DNA of 64,000 bases from Phycisphaerae bacterium (GTDB taxonomy: Bacteria; Planctomycetota; Phycisphaerae; SM23-33): NCBI GenBank assembly GCA_018335035.1, contig JAGXKT010000002.1:53106-117105 (forward strand), given 5' to 3'. Positions 42,178-52,302 of this stretch are shown here, piece after piece. The notes beneath the pieces are model-generated. The model was given only the letters and a program-made list of their open reading frames with translations. It made no database searches and was not told the origin of the DNA. Each line of letters begins with the position of its first letter. The first letter of the stretch is position 1. Made by a program: the position numbers and the translations under genes.

Positions 42178-43185
42178 TCAGAGTGTCGGGGCGCGCCGCT
42201 TCCGACCATACTTGTTCACGAGGCGACGCAGGTCCTCCTGTTGCGGTCGGATCTCCAGCGACCGGTGCCACGCCTGCAAGGCGCGATCGCGCAGCTTCGT
42301 TTGCCGGCGGTCCTGAACGTACTGCGTCATGCAAACCGCGCCGAGTCCGCGGTGGGCGTCGGCGTTGTCGGCGTCGGCGCGAATGGCGCGGTTGTAGGCG
42401 TCTACGGCCTCTGGGTAGCGCTGAAGGTGGTAGAGGCACATGCCGATCTGCACCCACGGCTCGCTGCTGTCGGCAAGCAACTCCGCGGCATGCTCGTACG
42501 TTCGAAGGGCGGTCTCGTACCGTTGTTGGCGGACGTACGTCGAGGCGAGGTTCATCAGAAGATGCGGCTGGCGGTTGTCCAGTTCGAGCGAGGTCTTGTA
42601 GGCGCGGACGGCTTCGTAGAGGCGGTTCTGGCTGTCGTAGATGGCGCCGAGGTTGGTGTAGGCCTGTGGGCTGTCGCGCCGGGCTTCGATGGCGGCCCGG
42701 CAGTACGTCTCGGCCAGCTTGTACTTGCCCATCTGGAAGTAGCAGGCGCTGAGGTTCAGATTGGTCTCGAAGTCGTCCGGTTCGATCTCGGCCGCTCGCA
42801 GGAAGACCATGACCGCTTGGCGGAGCAACTCCTCGTTCGCGCCGGGTCCCTGTGTGGCCAGTGTCTGATACGTCACGCCGAGGTTGTAGTGAGGGCGGAA
42901 GGCGTACGGGTTTGTCTGGCAGGCCTTTTCGTAGGCGCGGCGCGCCAACTCGTGGCTGCCCTCGCGGCGGTAGATGTCGCCGGCGGCGGCATGCGCGGCC
43001 GACAGCTTCGGATCGGCCTGAACGGCCTTTGACAGTTCCGCCAGCGCGGTGTCGTACTGCCCGCGCTCGGCGAGCATCTGCCCCTCGACGTAGTGATCGA
43101 CGGCGGCCTGTTGGCGATACTCCTCGATGCATCCGCCGCCCAGTGCGGATGCCGCCGCGCACGCTACCAGCACACGTCCGAGCAT
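42178..43185 (-). CDS. TPR-repeat lipoprotein
   Basis: Lipobox-like LGGGC, about 8 TPRs (HYNLGVTY, AYTNLGAIY, AHRGLG); AAGGAG RBS. Confidence 0.88.
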   Translation of the reverse strand: MLGRVLVACAAASALGGGCIEEYRQQAAVDHYVEGQMLAERGQYDTALAELSKAVQADPKLSAAHAAAGDIYRREGSHELARRAYEKACQTNPYAFRPHYNLGVTYQTLATQGPGANEELLRQAVMVFLRAAEIEPDDFETNLNLSACYFQMGKYKLAETYCRAAIEARRDSPQAYTNLGAIYDSQNRLYEAVRAYKTSLELDNRQPHLLMNLASTYVRQQRYETALRTYEHAAELLADSSEPWVQIGMCLYHLQRYPEAVDAYNRAIRADADNADAHRGLGAVCMTQYVQDRRQTKLRDRALQAWHRSLEIRPQQEDLRRLVNKYGRKRRAPTL

Positions 43186-43292
43186 TGCCGTCTCCTTGAA
43201 CACGCCGTTGTAGCCGAGTGGAGCGGCGGGGTCAAGAGCGGCTGGCGGGCGGTGAGGACGGCGGATATGATTGACAGCGGAAGGCATGACGC

Positions 43293-43652
43293 ATGGACCG
43301 CAGCGCCCCAAAGCGCTTCCGGGTTACGAGGCGAAATGACATCGACCGCATTTTCCGCGCCGGCCGACGCGCCAATGACGCGCGGTTGACGCTTCTGGCC
43401 GCGCCGAACGGACTGGATCGCTGCCGATGCGGCGTGGGCGTGTCGCGCCGCCATGGATCGGCCGTGCGACGCAATCGCGCCAAGCGCCTCTGTCGGGAGG
43501 CCTTCCGGTTGAGCCGGGCGGAGCTTCCGACCGGGTTCGACTTCATGCTTGTGCCGCGCGTCGGCGCCGAGTTGACGCTGTCCGGCCTGCAGGAGTCGCT
43601 GGTGCGCCTGGCGCCGCGCGTGGCGCGGCCGGCGAAGGAGGCCGCGGAATGA
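43293..43652 (+). CDS. rnpA: Ribonuclease P protein component
   Basis: [29 protein letters not shown] (RNR motif). Confidence 0.93.
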   Translation: MDRSAPKRFRVTRRNDIDRIFRAGRRANDARLTLLAAPNGLDRCRCGVGVSRRHGSAVRRNRAKRLCREAFRLSRAELPTGFDFMLVPRVGAELTLSGLQESLVRLAPRVARPAKEAAE

Positions 43653-43891
43653 ACGCGTCGCTGCGCGGCATCGTGACGATCCCGGCGACCGTGCTCGTGC
43701 TGCTGGTGCGCGTGTATCAGCTCACGCTGTCGCCGATCCTCGGTCGGCAGTGCCGATTCGTCCCCACGTGCAGCCAGTACGCCATAGAGGCCCTACGCAA
43801 ACGCGGCGCTGTCCGTGGGACGTGGCTGGCGCTGTGCCGCATCTGCCGGTGCCATCCCTTCAGCCGTGGGGGCTACGATCCCGTCGACTGA
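43649..43891 (+). CDS. yidD: Membrane protein insertion efficiency factor YidD
   Basis: [34 protein letters not shown]. Confidence 0.95.
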   Translation: MNASLRGIVTIPATVLVLLVRVYQLTLSPILGRQCRFVPTCSQYAIEALRKRGAVRGTWLALCRICRCHPFSRGGYDPVD

Positions 43892-43915
43892 TGGCTCGCG
43901 CACGCGCCGGGCCCG

Positions 43916-45082
43916 TCAGCATCCCTCCCATGGCAGTACCCAGCCGCGCTCGTCCAGCAGCGGCGCGACGACGGCGCGAAAGCCCTCGTCGAACCGGGCC
44001 GGGCTGAAACGTTCGGCCTGACGCCGCAGCGCGATCGGATCGATGCGATCCACCATCCCGTCGAACCGTTCGACCGCCGCGGCGAGTGCCTCGGGCGTCT
44101 GCGGGTGAAACCAAAGCCCCGTCGGCTCGCGCTCGTGAGGCGCGCCGGCGTCGCGGACGGTCTCCAGCGCCCCGCCCTCGCCGTAGGCAATGACCGGCGC
44201 CCCGCAGGCCATCGCTTCGACCGGGACGATGCCGAAGTCCTCCCGCTGCGGAAAGATCACCGCCCGGCAGCGGCGATAGTGGTCGCGCACCGTGTCGGCG
44301 TCGCACCAGCCGAGAAGTTCCACGTTGCGCGGCGCCGCGCGGCGCAACACGCCCAACGGCGGGCCCGTGCCGATCACTTTCAGCGGCCGGCTGAGCTGTG
44401 CGAATGCCTCCATCGCCATCGCGACGCGCTTGTAAGGCGCCAGGGCCGTGACCATGAGGTAGAACGCTTCGCGCGGAACGTCCGCCGGGGTGTAGAAGCC
44501 CACATCGACCGGCGGATGCACGACGGCGGCCTCGCGTCCGTACGCGCGGGCGATGCGCCCGGCTACGCAGGCGCTATTGGCGACAAACCGGTCCACGCGC
44601 CCGGCGGTGCGGCGATCCCACGCGCGCAGGAACGGGCCGGCGGCCCGCAGCGCCAGCCCCGCCGGTCCCAGTTGCCGCGCGTAGTCGTCGGCGGCTTCCC
44701 AGGCGTACCGCATGGGCGTGTGACAGTAGCAGACGTGGACCTGTCCGTCTCGTCGCCCGCCGATGCCCTTGGCGGCGCAATGCGAACTGCTGACGATCAG
44801 GTCGAACTGCTCGACGGACATCCGCTCGGCCGCCGGGAGCATCAAGCCAAGCAGGTGGCGATAGCCGCGTCGCACGCCGGGCAGGTCGCTCAGCCAGCTT
44901 GTGTGGATGGGGCGCCGTTCGATATCGGCCGTGCACGAGCCCGGAACGTGGACCAGCGTGAACAACTCGGCGCCCGGCAGGAGCCCCAGAAGCCGCTGGA
45001 GGACCTTTTCCCCGCCGCGCGTGCCCGTCAACCAGTCGTGCACCAGTGCGACGCGCGGCATCCTGACCGAAGGGGCGTTCAT
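43916..45082 (-). CDS. Glycosyltransferase family 4
   Basis: VALVHDWLTGTRGGEKVL, SSSHCAAKG, YCHTPMRYAW, EDFGIVPVEAMACG; TACAAT 7 nt upstream of the ATG. Confidence 0.93.
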   Translation of the reverse strand: MNAPSVRMPRVALVHDWLTGTRGGEKVLQRLLGLLPGAELFTLVHVPGSCTADIERRPIHTSWLSDLPGVRRGYRHLLGLMLPAAERMSVEQFDLIVSSSHCAAKGIGGRRDGQVHVCYCHTPMRYAWEAADDYARQLGPAGLALRAAGPFLRAWDRRTAGRVDRFVANSACVAGRIARAYGREAAVVHPPVDVGFYTPADVPREAFYLMVTALAPYKRVAMAMEAFAQLSRPLKVIGTGPPLGVLRRAAPRNVELLGWCDADTVRDHYRRCRAVIFPQREDFGIVPVEAMACGAPVIAYGEGGALETVRDAGAPHEREPTGLWFHPQTPEALAAAVERFDGMVDRIDPIALRRQAERFSPARFDEGFRAVVAPLLDERGWVLPWEGC

Positions 45083-45133
45083 GGCGCGGATTGTACGCCG
45101 CAACGGCGCGCGCGACAACGTGCCGCCGGGTCG

Positions 45134-45874
45134 CTAGCGGCTGCGGCGTCTTGCGGCGCGGCGCGTGGGTTGACCAACGACCGTGCCCTCGCCGGTGCGC
45201 GCTGCCGACACGGCCTCGTCCGGCGACTCCTCGCAGGCCTGCTGGATGACATCCGCGGCCTCGTCGAGGTCATCCGTGATTGTGAACAGGTCCACATCGT
45301 CGTCGGAAATTTTGGCCGGTTCGGCGTCGCGCATGTGTGCGCGAATCCACTCGGCCAGCGGCTGCCAGAAGTCGTTGCCGATCAGGATCACGGGGAAGCG
45401 CTCGGCCTTCTGTGTCTGGATCAGGGCCATGGAGTTGAAGAACTCGTGCAGCGTGCCGTAGCCACCGGGAAAGCAAACGAAGGATCGGGAATACTTGACG
45501 AACATCACCAGGCGGGCGAAGAAGTAGCGGAAGTCCAGCACCACGTCGGCATAGGGGTTGACGCGCTGTTCCGTCGGCAGCGTGATGTTGAGCCCTACGG
45601 AGGTTCCGCCGGCCTCATGGGCGCCGCGGTTGGCGGCTTCCATGATGCCCGGTCCGCCGCCGGTGATGACGGCGATGTCGCGCTGGGCCAGACGCCGTCC
45701 GAGCGTGCGGGCACGACGGTAGTCCTCGTGGCGGCCCGGGACCCGCGCCGAGCCGAATATGCTGACGGCCGGGCCGATCTGCCCCATGGTCTCGAAGCCC
45801 TCGACGAACTCGGCCATGATGCGAAAAACCCGCCATGTGTCCTTATGGGCGAAATCCGGTTCATTCATTGGCAT
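45134..45874 (-). CDS. LOG family nucleotide-binding protein (TIGR00730)
   Basis: VSIFGSAR, TGGGPGIMEAANRGA, FRYFFAR, PGGYGTLHE. Confidence 0.92.
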   Translation of the reverse strand: MPMNEPDFAHKDTWRVFRIMAEFVEGFETMGQIGPAVSIFGSARVPGRHEDYRRARTLGRRLAQRDIAVITGGGPGIMEAANRGAHEAGGTSVGLNITLPTEQRVNPYADVVLDFRYFFARLVMFVKYSRSFVCFPGGYGTLHEFFNSMALIQTQKAERFPVILIGNDFWQPLAEWIRAHMRDAEPAKISDDDVDLFTITDDLDEAADVIQQACEESPDEAVSAARTGEGTVVGQPTRRAARRRSR

Positions 45875-45990
45875 GGTGTCCTTGGCGATGCGGCGGTTAG
45901 CGCCGCCGCGGCATCGCTTGTATATCACCCGGCGACGGGTTTGACAAATCCTCGCCGTTGTCGCCTAATGGCGTCGGGAGCGTTTCGACT

Positions 45991-46812
45991 ATGCGACGAT
46001 TACTTTTGCCGTTGGCGGCGTTGGCGATTGTGTCGGGCTGCGGGGGGCAATACATCGTCACGGCGCCGGACCAGATCGCGCCGGTCGGGGGACGGGCATC
46101 GGTGGTGGCGCGGCTGACGCGCAACGAAATCAGCCGGCTGGACGTCCCGGTCAAGCGGGCTGCGCTGGAGTTCACCGTGCCGGACAGCGACGCGCTGCGC
46201 GCGGCGTTTACCGATTCCGACGGTTTCGCCGGCGCGATAGTGCCCGCCCCTGACGCCGCCGGGCTCTACGAGGTCTGCATCCGCCACCAGGACGTCTGGG
46301 GCGACCGATGCCAGGGCGCGGCGCGCCTGTTCGTGTGGGAGCCGGACCGGCCGGCGGTGGCCGTGGACGTCGCCGCGCTGCCGGCGCCGGATGAAGCCGA
46401 GGCCGGCGTCGCGGTGCGCGCGATGAAGCGCATCGCCTCCGAAGCCAACATCCTCTACTTCACTCAGGACGGCGTCGCGGATCATGCCGAGCTGCGGACT
46501 GCGTTGCACCTGGCGGGCTACCCCGACGGTCCGGTTCTGCCGTGGCTCAAGCGACGGTGGCGCCTGACGCGCGAGGGGCGGTGGTCCTGGCCGCGGCTGA
46601 CGTTCGACCCGCGGATGGTGGGCCCGCTGCAGCAACTGCGCGAGGCGATCCCGGCGTTGCGTAGCGGCATCTGCGTCGCGCCCGCCGCGGCCAAGGCATT
46701 TACCGGCGCCGAGATGCAGGTCGTCGCCGTCGGCGAGGCGGATGATCTGCCCGGCGACGCGCGGCGTACCTCCTGGGCCGAGATCGCGCGCACCGGACTC
46801 GGCGCCCCGTAA
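45991..46812 (+). CDS. Hypothetical lipoprotein (Ig-like plus degenerate HAD/LNS2-like domain)
   Basis: Lipobox VSGC; TDSDGFA; AVAVDV, ILYFT, LAGYPDGPVL; TTGACA-N17-CCTAAT upstream. Confidence 0.6.
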   Translation: MRRLLLPLAALAIVSGCGGQYIVTAPDQIAPVGGRASVVARLTRNEISRLDVPVKRAALEFTVPDSDALRAAFTDSDGFAGAIVPAPDAAGLYEVCIRHQDVWGDRCQGAARLFVWEPDRPAVAVDVAALPAPDEAEAGVAVRAMKRIASEANILYFTQDGVADHAELRTALHLAGYPDGPVLPWLKRRWRLTREGRWSWPRLTFDPRMVGPLQQLREAIPALRSGICVAPAAAKAFTGAEMQVVAVGEADDLPGDARRTSWAEIARTGLGAP

Positions 46813-46850
46813 CGGGCCGATGCCGCGCAGCTTCCTGGTACAATCCGCTC

Positions 46851-47954
46851 ATGGCGCAGCATAACGGCACCGACATTCTCGTGCTGCTTCCCACCTGGAT
46901 CGGCGATGCCGTGATGGCAACACCCACGCTGCGCGCGCTGCGTGCAGCCCGGCCGAACGCCCGCATCACGCACATGGGCTCGTCGGCGACGCTGGACGTG
47001 CTGGCGCCCGACCCGTGGGCCGACGACGTGTTGACGGACACATCCCGCCAGCGGCCGCGGCTGGCGAACTTCCATCGGATTGCCGCGCGGTTGCGTCGCC
47101 GGCGGTACGCGACGGGGCTTCTGCTGCCCAACAGCTTTCGCACGGCGGCGCTGGTCCGCGCCGGCGGCGTGACGCGCGTGGTCGGCTACGACCGCGACGT
47201 TCGCGGCTGGATGCTGACCCGCAAGCTCGCCCCCCCGCGCGACGCCGACGGCGAGCTGGCGCCGGTCCCCGCGATCGACTACTACCTGGACCTGGCGCGG
47301 CTTGTGGGCGTGGGATGCGATGGGCGGGTGCCGTCGCGCCGGATGGAGCTGACGGTCTCGCCGGAGCAGGCCGCCGACGCCGACGCTGTGCTGGACGAGG
47401 CGGGGATCGACCCGGGACGCCCGCTGGTCATGCTGAATCCGGGCGCGGCGTTCGGCCCGGCGAAGATGTGGTCGCCGCACCGCTACGCCGCGCTGGCCGA
47501 CCGGCTCGCCGCACGCGGCGCACAGATCATCGTCAACGCCGCCCCGAGCGAGCGAACCGTCGCGGGGCACGTCGTGGCGGAGATGGGGACGCGACCGCTG
47601 CTGGACTTCTCGCGACGAGACAACACCCTGGGACGGCTCAAGGGGCTGCTGCGGCGGTGCGACCTTCTGGTGACCAACGATACCGGCGCGCGACACGTCG
47701 CGGCGGCGCTGGGCGTGGGCGTGGTCACGCTGTTTGGTGCGACCGATCCACGCTGGACGCGAATCGACTGCCCCCGCGAGCGGATCCTCTGCGTCGACGT
47801 GGCCTGCGGGCCCTGCCAGCGGAAGATCTGCCCCCTGCCGGCGGGCCCGGCGTACCATCAGTGCATGAGTCATATCACCGTCGAGATGGTCCTGGACGCC
47901 TGCGGCGAACTCTTGGAGCAGCGGTCGCCGACCGCGGGGAGCGAGCGACCGTGA
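46851..47954 (+). CDS. waaF: Lipopolysaccharide heptosyltransferase II (GT9)
   Basis: PTWIGDAVMATP, LLPNSFRTA, LNPGAAFGPAKMW, VTNDTGARHVAAA; TGnTACAAT 6 nt upstream. Confidence 0.9.
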   Translation: MAQHNGTDILVLLPTWIGDAVMATPTLRALRAARPNARITHMGSSATLDVLAPDPWADDVLTDTSRQRPRLANFHRIAARLRRRRYATGLLLPNSFRTAALVRAGGVTRVVGYDRDVRGWMLTRKLAPPRDADGELAPVPAIDYYLDLARLVGVGCDGRVPSRRMELTVSPEQAADADAVLDEAGIDPGRPLVMLNPGAAFGPAKMWSPHRYAALADRLAARGAQIIVNAAPSERTVAGHVVAEMGTRPLLDFSRRDNTLGRLKGLLRRCDLLVTNDTGARHVAAALGVGVVTLFGATDPRWTRIDCPRERILCVDVACGPCQRKICPLPAGPAYHQCMSHITVEMVLDACGELLEQRSPTAGSERP

Positions 47955-48754
47955 TTGTGGCCGATTGGGTGGATGACGGGCTGCGGGACGCCCTGACCGC
48001 TGCCGGGCTCGACACGGTTGCCGGCGCCTGGGCCTACGCCGGCGGCGCCGACCTGGACAAGCCGGGGCTCGGTCGGCGGCGTCGAACGCGGCTGGAGCTG
48101 ACCGACGCATCGGGGCGCCGCCATCAGCTGTACCTGAAGCGCTACGGCCGGGAGGCGGTCTCGGCGCGGCTTCGCCGCGCGTGGACGCACGGGTTCGGTC
48201 GCGGCCCGGCGCGCGTGGAGTACGAGAACGTCGTCGCCGCGCGCGCCGCCGGCGTGCCCACGATGCGCCCGGTGGCCTGCGGCGAACGCGATGGCTGTGG
48301 GTGTCTTCTCGTCACGGCCGTGCCCGGCGATGCGCTGGAACGCTGCGGGGCGGGCTTTCTGGCGCAGCACGCCGACGCCGCGCAACACGTGACGGCGGCG
48401 CTGGCGACGCTCGTCCGCGCCTTGCACGGGGGCGGGTACGTGCACCGCGACCTGTACGCCTCGCACGTGTTCCTGGATGTCTCGCAGGGCAACGTCGCCC
48501 TGTACCTGATCGACCTGGCGCGGATGTTTCGCCCACGGTGGCGCCGCCGGCGGTGGGTCGTCAAGGACCTGGCCGCGCTGCGATACTCCATGCCCGCCGA
48601 GTGGGTCGGTGGGCAGTGGGAGGCCTTTGTGGCGGCCTACGCGAGGGAGATGTCCGCAGCGCGGCGCCGGGCTCTCGCCACGGCCGTTGGGCGCAAAGCG
48701 CGGTCCATCGCCCGCCACGCCGCGCGTCGTGCCGCCCGGGAGCAAGGCGAATGA
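47951..48754 (+). CDS. Lipopolysaccharide kinase (WaaP/Kdo/InaA family)
   Basis: LYLKRY, LH..GYVHRDLYASHVFL, LIDLAR, KDLAAL; GTGA overlap. Confidence 0.85.
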   Translation: MIVADWVDDGLRDALTAAGLDTVAGAWAYAGGADLDKPGLGRRRRTRLELTDASGRRHQLYLKRYGREAVSARLRRAWTHGFGRGPARVEYENVVAARAAGVPTMRPVACGERDGCGCLLVTAVPGDALERCGAGFLAQHADAAQHVTAALATLVRALHGGGYVHRDLYASHVFLDVSQGNVALYLIDLARMFRPRWRRRRWVVKDLAALRYSMPAEWVGGQWEAFVAAYAREMSAARRRALATAVGRKARSIARHAARRAAREQGE

Positions 48755-49923
48755 ACGTCGCGCTGGTCATCGAACGCATGGACCCGGCCCGCGGCGGGCG
48801 CGAGCGGTCGACGGCGCAGATCGCCCGCGCGCTGGCGGCGCGGGGCCATGACGTGGACGTCTTGTGCCAGAGCGGTGTCGAACTCGATGAGCTCTCGTCC
48901 GACGGGCCGGACGGCGGGACGGTCACGTGTCGCCCGCTGGGCCGACGTGGTGCAACGTACCCCCGCCGGCTCGAGCGGTTTGTCGCCGACGTGCGGCGCG
49001 CTACCGCGGACGGCGCCTACGGCGTGGTTCACGCCACGCTGCCGATTCCCGGAGCGGACGTCTACCAGCCGCGCGGCGGCACGGTTCCGGCTCAGGCGGC
49101 CGCATCGCTCCGTCGGCGGTGCCTGCCGGCTCGCGCGATCGCCCGGGCGACGAAGCCGCTCAACCGACGCCGCGCCGCCATGCGCCGGCTTGAGGCGCAG
49201 GTGATGGCCGATCCGCGCGTTGCGTGCCTGGCCGTCAGCCGCATGGTTGCCCGCGAGATGCGCGAGCATTACGGACGCCGCGAGAACGTGCACGTCGTCT
49301 ATAACGCCGTGGACGCGCCCAACGCTGACGACCCGCGCCGCAGCGACTGGCGTCAACAGCTGCGCTTCCGCCTGGCGATGGCACCGCGCGATACGCTGTT
49401 TCTCACCGTCGCGAGAAACCTCGCGCTGAAAGGCGTCGACCGGGCCATCGAGGCCTTCACTCGCTGGCTGTACGCCGCCCCGCAGCGCGCGGGACGCCTG
49501 ATTGTCGTCGGCGGCGAGCGCACCGAGCGGTATCGCCGTCATGCCGGGCTGCGGGACGTGGGACGGTTCGTCGGCTTCGTCGAGCCCACGGAGACGATCT
49601 TCCGCTGGTATGCCGCGGCCGACGTGTGCGTGCTGCTGAGCTGGTACGATCCGTGCAGCCGCGTCGTCCTCGAGGCCACCCGGTGGGGCATTCCGTCGAT
49701 CACGACGGCCAGTAACGGTGCGGGCGAGGTGCTGACCGACGGTGCGGGAATCGTCGTCGATTCGCCCCGCGACGTGCGGGCCGTTGCCGAGGCGATGGGC
49801 ACGCTGTCGGATCGGGATAACCGCGCGGACTACGAAGCCGCCTGTCGCGCCGTCGCGCCGCGGCTGAGCACCGAGCGGCACGTCGACCGGCTGATTGAGA
49901 TTTATCGTCGCGGGAAGAGGTGA
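48751..49923 (+). CDS. Glycosyltransferase family 4 (WaaG-like)
   Basis: RGGRER, LKGV, YAAADVCVLLSWYDPCSRVVLEA, ITTASNGAGE. Confidence 0.88.
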   Translation: MNVALVIERMDPARGGRERSTAQIARALAARGHDVDVLCQSGVELDELSSDGPDGGTVTCRPLGRRGATYPRRLERFVADVRRATADGAYGVVHATLPIPGADVYQPRGGTVPAQAAASLRRRCLPARAIARATKPLNRRRAAMRRLEAQVMADPRVACLAVSRMVAREMREHYGRRENVHVVYNAVDAPNADDPRRSDWRQQLRFRLAMAPRDTLFLTVARNLALKGVDRAIEAFTRWLYAAPQRAGRLIVVGGERTERYRRHAGLRDVGRFVGFVEPTETIFRWYAAADVCVLLSWYDPCSRVVLEATRWGIPSITTASNGAGEVLTDGAGIVVDSPRDVRAVAEAMGTLSDRDNRADYEAACRAVAPRLSTERHVDRLIEIYRRGKR

Positions 49924-50609
49924 TGATGGCATTGCATCCGACCATTCTGTACGGGGCGTTTCCGCTGGGCGGCTATGCGCTGGGGTCCGTGCCCGTGGGG
50001 GTGTTGCTGGCCCGGGCGCGCGGCGTCGATTTGCGCCAGGTCGGCAGCGGAAACGTCGGGGCGACCAACGTCGCCCGTGCGTGCGGACGCCGGTGGGGCA
50101 TCCTGTGCTTCTGCCTGGACTTCGCCAAGGGCTTCGTCCCGGCGCTGGTCGCGGGTCTGATCCTCCGCAGCGGTTCGGGCGCGGGGACCGCGCCGCCGGC
50201 GGCGCATCAGGCCGCCTGGCTGGCCGCGGGGTGCGGGGCGATCCTCGGGCACGTCTTCAGCGTGTGGCTGGGCTTTCGCGGGGGCAAGGGCGTGGCCACG
50301 TCCTTGGGCGTGGTCTGCGGCGTCTTCCCGTACATGACGCTGCCCGGGCTGGCGGCGCTGGCGGTGTGGCTGGCCGTAACGGGCGCGACGCGATACGTCT
50401 CGCTGGGCAGCGTGCTCGCCGCCGTGGCGTTTGTGCCGCTGCAGGCGGGCCTCGCCGCGGTGCTGGGCTGGCCGGTGAGGCGGCTCTGGCCGCTGTTGGC
50501 GTTCGCCGCGGCGATGGCGGTTCTGATCCTTCTGCGGCACCGGCACAACCTGCGCCGCCTGCTGAACGGCACGGAGAACAAGATCGGCCGGCGGAAGCCC
50601 CCCGCATGA
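49920..50609 (+). CDS. plsY: Glycerol-3-phosphate acyltransferase PlsY
   Basis: GSGNVGATNVAR, DFAKG, GHVFSVWLGFRGGKGVAT, HRHNLRRLLNGTE. Confidence 0.95.
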   Translation: MMMALHPTILYGAFPLGGYALGSVPVGVLLARARGVDLRQVGSGNVGATNVARACGRRWGILCFCLDFAKGFVPALVAGLILRSGSGAGTAPPAAHQAAWLAAGCGAILGHVFSVWLGFRGGKGVATSLGVVCGVFPYMTLPGLAALAVWLAVTGATRYVSLGSVLAAVAFVPLQAGLAAVLGWPVRRLWPLLAFAAAMAVLILLRHRHNLRRLLNGTENKIGRRKPPA

Positions 50610-50669
50610 CGCCCTCGGCGACGACCGGTGCGCCCCCGCGCGGGCGCCATGTGCCCGGCCGCGCGACGG

Positions 50670-51728
50670 TCAGTTGTCCTGGAGCAGGCGCCGCCGGATG
50701 AACTCGGCGCGGGCCTCGGCGCGCTGCTGGTCGTTCATCTCGTGTCCGCAGACGCGCTGGAGGTGGGCCGGCTGGCTCAGCAGGAACAACTCGTTGACGA
50801 TGCGCAGGTCGATCTCCGGCAGCCGCCCGAGGTTCACGCCCAGCCGGACCAGCGACAGCAGGTGCATCGTCTCGTCCGAACTCATCAGCCGGGCCGCCCG
50901 AAGCAACGACAGCGCGCGGTGGATCTTGTCTTCGACGGCCGCCTTCTGGCTCTTCATCAACCCCTCGCGGGCGCGCCGTTCGTACTCGATGAAATGCGGC
51001 ATCGTTTGGCCGAAGAACTCGTCGACGATCTGCTGCTCGGTCTTGCCCAGCGTGGTCTGGTTGGAGATCTGAAAAAAATCGCCGCTGGCTTCGGTGCCTT
51101 CGCCGTAGAGCCCGCGAATCGCCAGGCGCATGTCGCGTGCGGCGCGGAAAACCTTCTGTATCTCGCCGGTCATCTTCAGTGCCGGAAGGTGCAGCATCAC
51201 GCTGACCCGCAGCCCCGTGCCGACGTTCGTCGGACAGGCCGTCAGATAGCCGTACTTGCTGTGAAAGGCGTATTCCACGCTCTGTTCCAGGCGATCGTCG
51301 ATTTGCGTAATCTCCTCGGCCGCTTCCGTCAGCCGGAGCCCGCTGCGCAGCACCTGGATGCGCAGGTGGTCCTCCTCGTTGATCATGATGGCGACGGTTT
51401 CAGAGCCGCTGATCGCCACGCCGCGCGGGTGGTCGGCCTCGGCATGCTGGCGGGAGACCAGGTGCCGTTCGACGAGCAACTCGCGGTCCAAGGCGCCGGC
51501 CGCGGCGACATTCACGTAGAAGACGTTCTTGGCGATGCCGGCCGCCAGAATCTCGTCGCGAAGGCGCTCGGCGATCTCCCGCTGCTGGGTCGCATTACAG
51601 CGTGACAGAAACGGTTGCGAGGCCAGGTTCCGCGCCAGGCGGGCACGCGACGAGATGACGACGTCGTGCATGGGTCCGGCGCCCCGAAGCCATTCACCGG
51701 CGCGTTGCGTCAGGTCGGCGAGTTTCAT
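50670..51728 (-). CDS. mcsB: Protein arginine kinase McsB
   Basis: SSRARLARN, MINEEDHLRIQ, GYLTACPTNVGTGLRVSVMLHLP, QISNQTTLG, QPAHLQ. Confidence 0.95.
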   Translation of the reverse strand: MKLADLTQRAGEWLRGAGPMHDVVISSRARLARNLASQPFLSRCNATQQREIAERLRDEILAAGIAKNVFYVNVAAAGALDRELLVERHLVSRQHAEADHPRGVAISGSETVAIMINEEDHLRIQVLRSGLRLTEAAEEITQIDDRLEQSVEYAFHSKYGYLTACPTNVGTGLRVSVMLHLPALKMTGEIQKVFRAARDMRLAIRGLYGEGTEASGDFFQISNQTTLGKTEQQIVDEFFGQTMPHFIEYERRAREGLMKSQKAAVEDKIHRALSLLRAARLMSSDETMHLLSLVRLGVNLGRLPEIDLRIVNELFLLSQPAHLQRVCGHEMNDQQRAEARAEFIRRRLLQDN

Positions 51729-52225
51729 TCCTTCTCCATCGCTTTGATGCGGTCTCGCAGGGCGGCGGCGGCTTCGTAATCCTCGCGGGCGACGGCGTCC
51801 TTCAACTCGCCGCGGAGGCGGAGGATCGCCGTTTGCTTCTTCTGCGTGCTGGCTGCGCGGCTGGGCACCTTGCCCAGGTGCTGGGTGGCGCCCTCGTGGG
51901 CGCGGGCCAGAAACGGCTCGAGCGCGGCTGAGAACGCGTCGTAGTCGTTCGGGCAGCCGAGCACGCCGTGCTTCCGAAACGTGTTGAAGCTCAACCCGCA
52001 GGCGTCGCACACCAGGTCGCCGGCCTCGTCGTCGCACTCGGCGTCCGACGACTGGAGGATGAAATCCTCGAGAAGCTGGCTGATGGGGATGTTCGCCTTC
52101 ACGGTGATCCCCTCGTTGGCGGCGCACTGCTCGCACAGATGCTTCTCGATCTTCTCACCGTCGATGATCTCCGTCAGATGGACGGTGGCGGGGCGGTTGT
52201 GGCATCTGTCGCACGGGTGCTTCAT
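51725..52225 (-). CDS. mcsA: McsA activator (UvrB/UvrC motif, Zn-binding)
   Basis: CDRC, HLCEQCA, CDACG, LGCPNDY, EDYEAAAALRDRI. Confidence 0.93.
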   Translation of the reverse strand: MKHPCDRCHNRPATVHLTEIIDGEKIEKHLCEQCAANEGITVKANIPISQLLEDFILQSSDAECDDEAGDLVCDACGLSFNTFRKHGVLGCPNDYDAFSAALEPFLARAHEGATQHLGKVPSRAASTQKKQTAILRLRGELKDAVAREDYEAAAALRDRIKAMEKE

Positions 52226-52234
52226 GGCGGCGTC

Positions 52235-52264
52235 ATCCTACCCAAGGGGGCTCGGCCTGGTCAA
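52235..52264 (-). promoter_or_regulatory. Putative sigma70 promoter for mcsA-mcsB
   Basis: TTGACC-N18-TAGGAT on the minus strand, 9 nt before the mcsA ATG. Confidence 0.45.
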
Positions 52265-52302
52265 CCTGCGACGGCTTGTCTCAGTATATCGCATTGCGAC
52301 CG

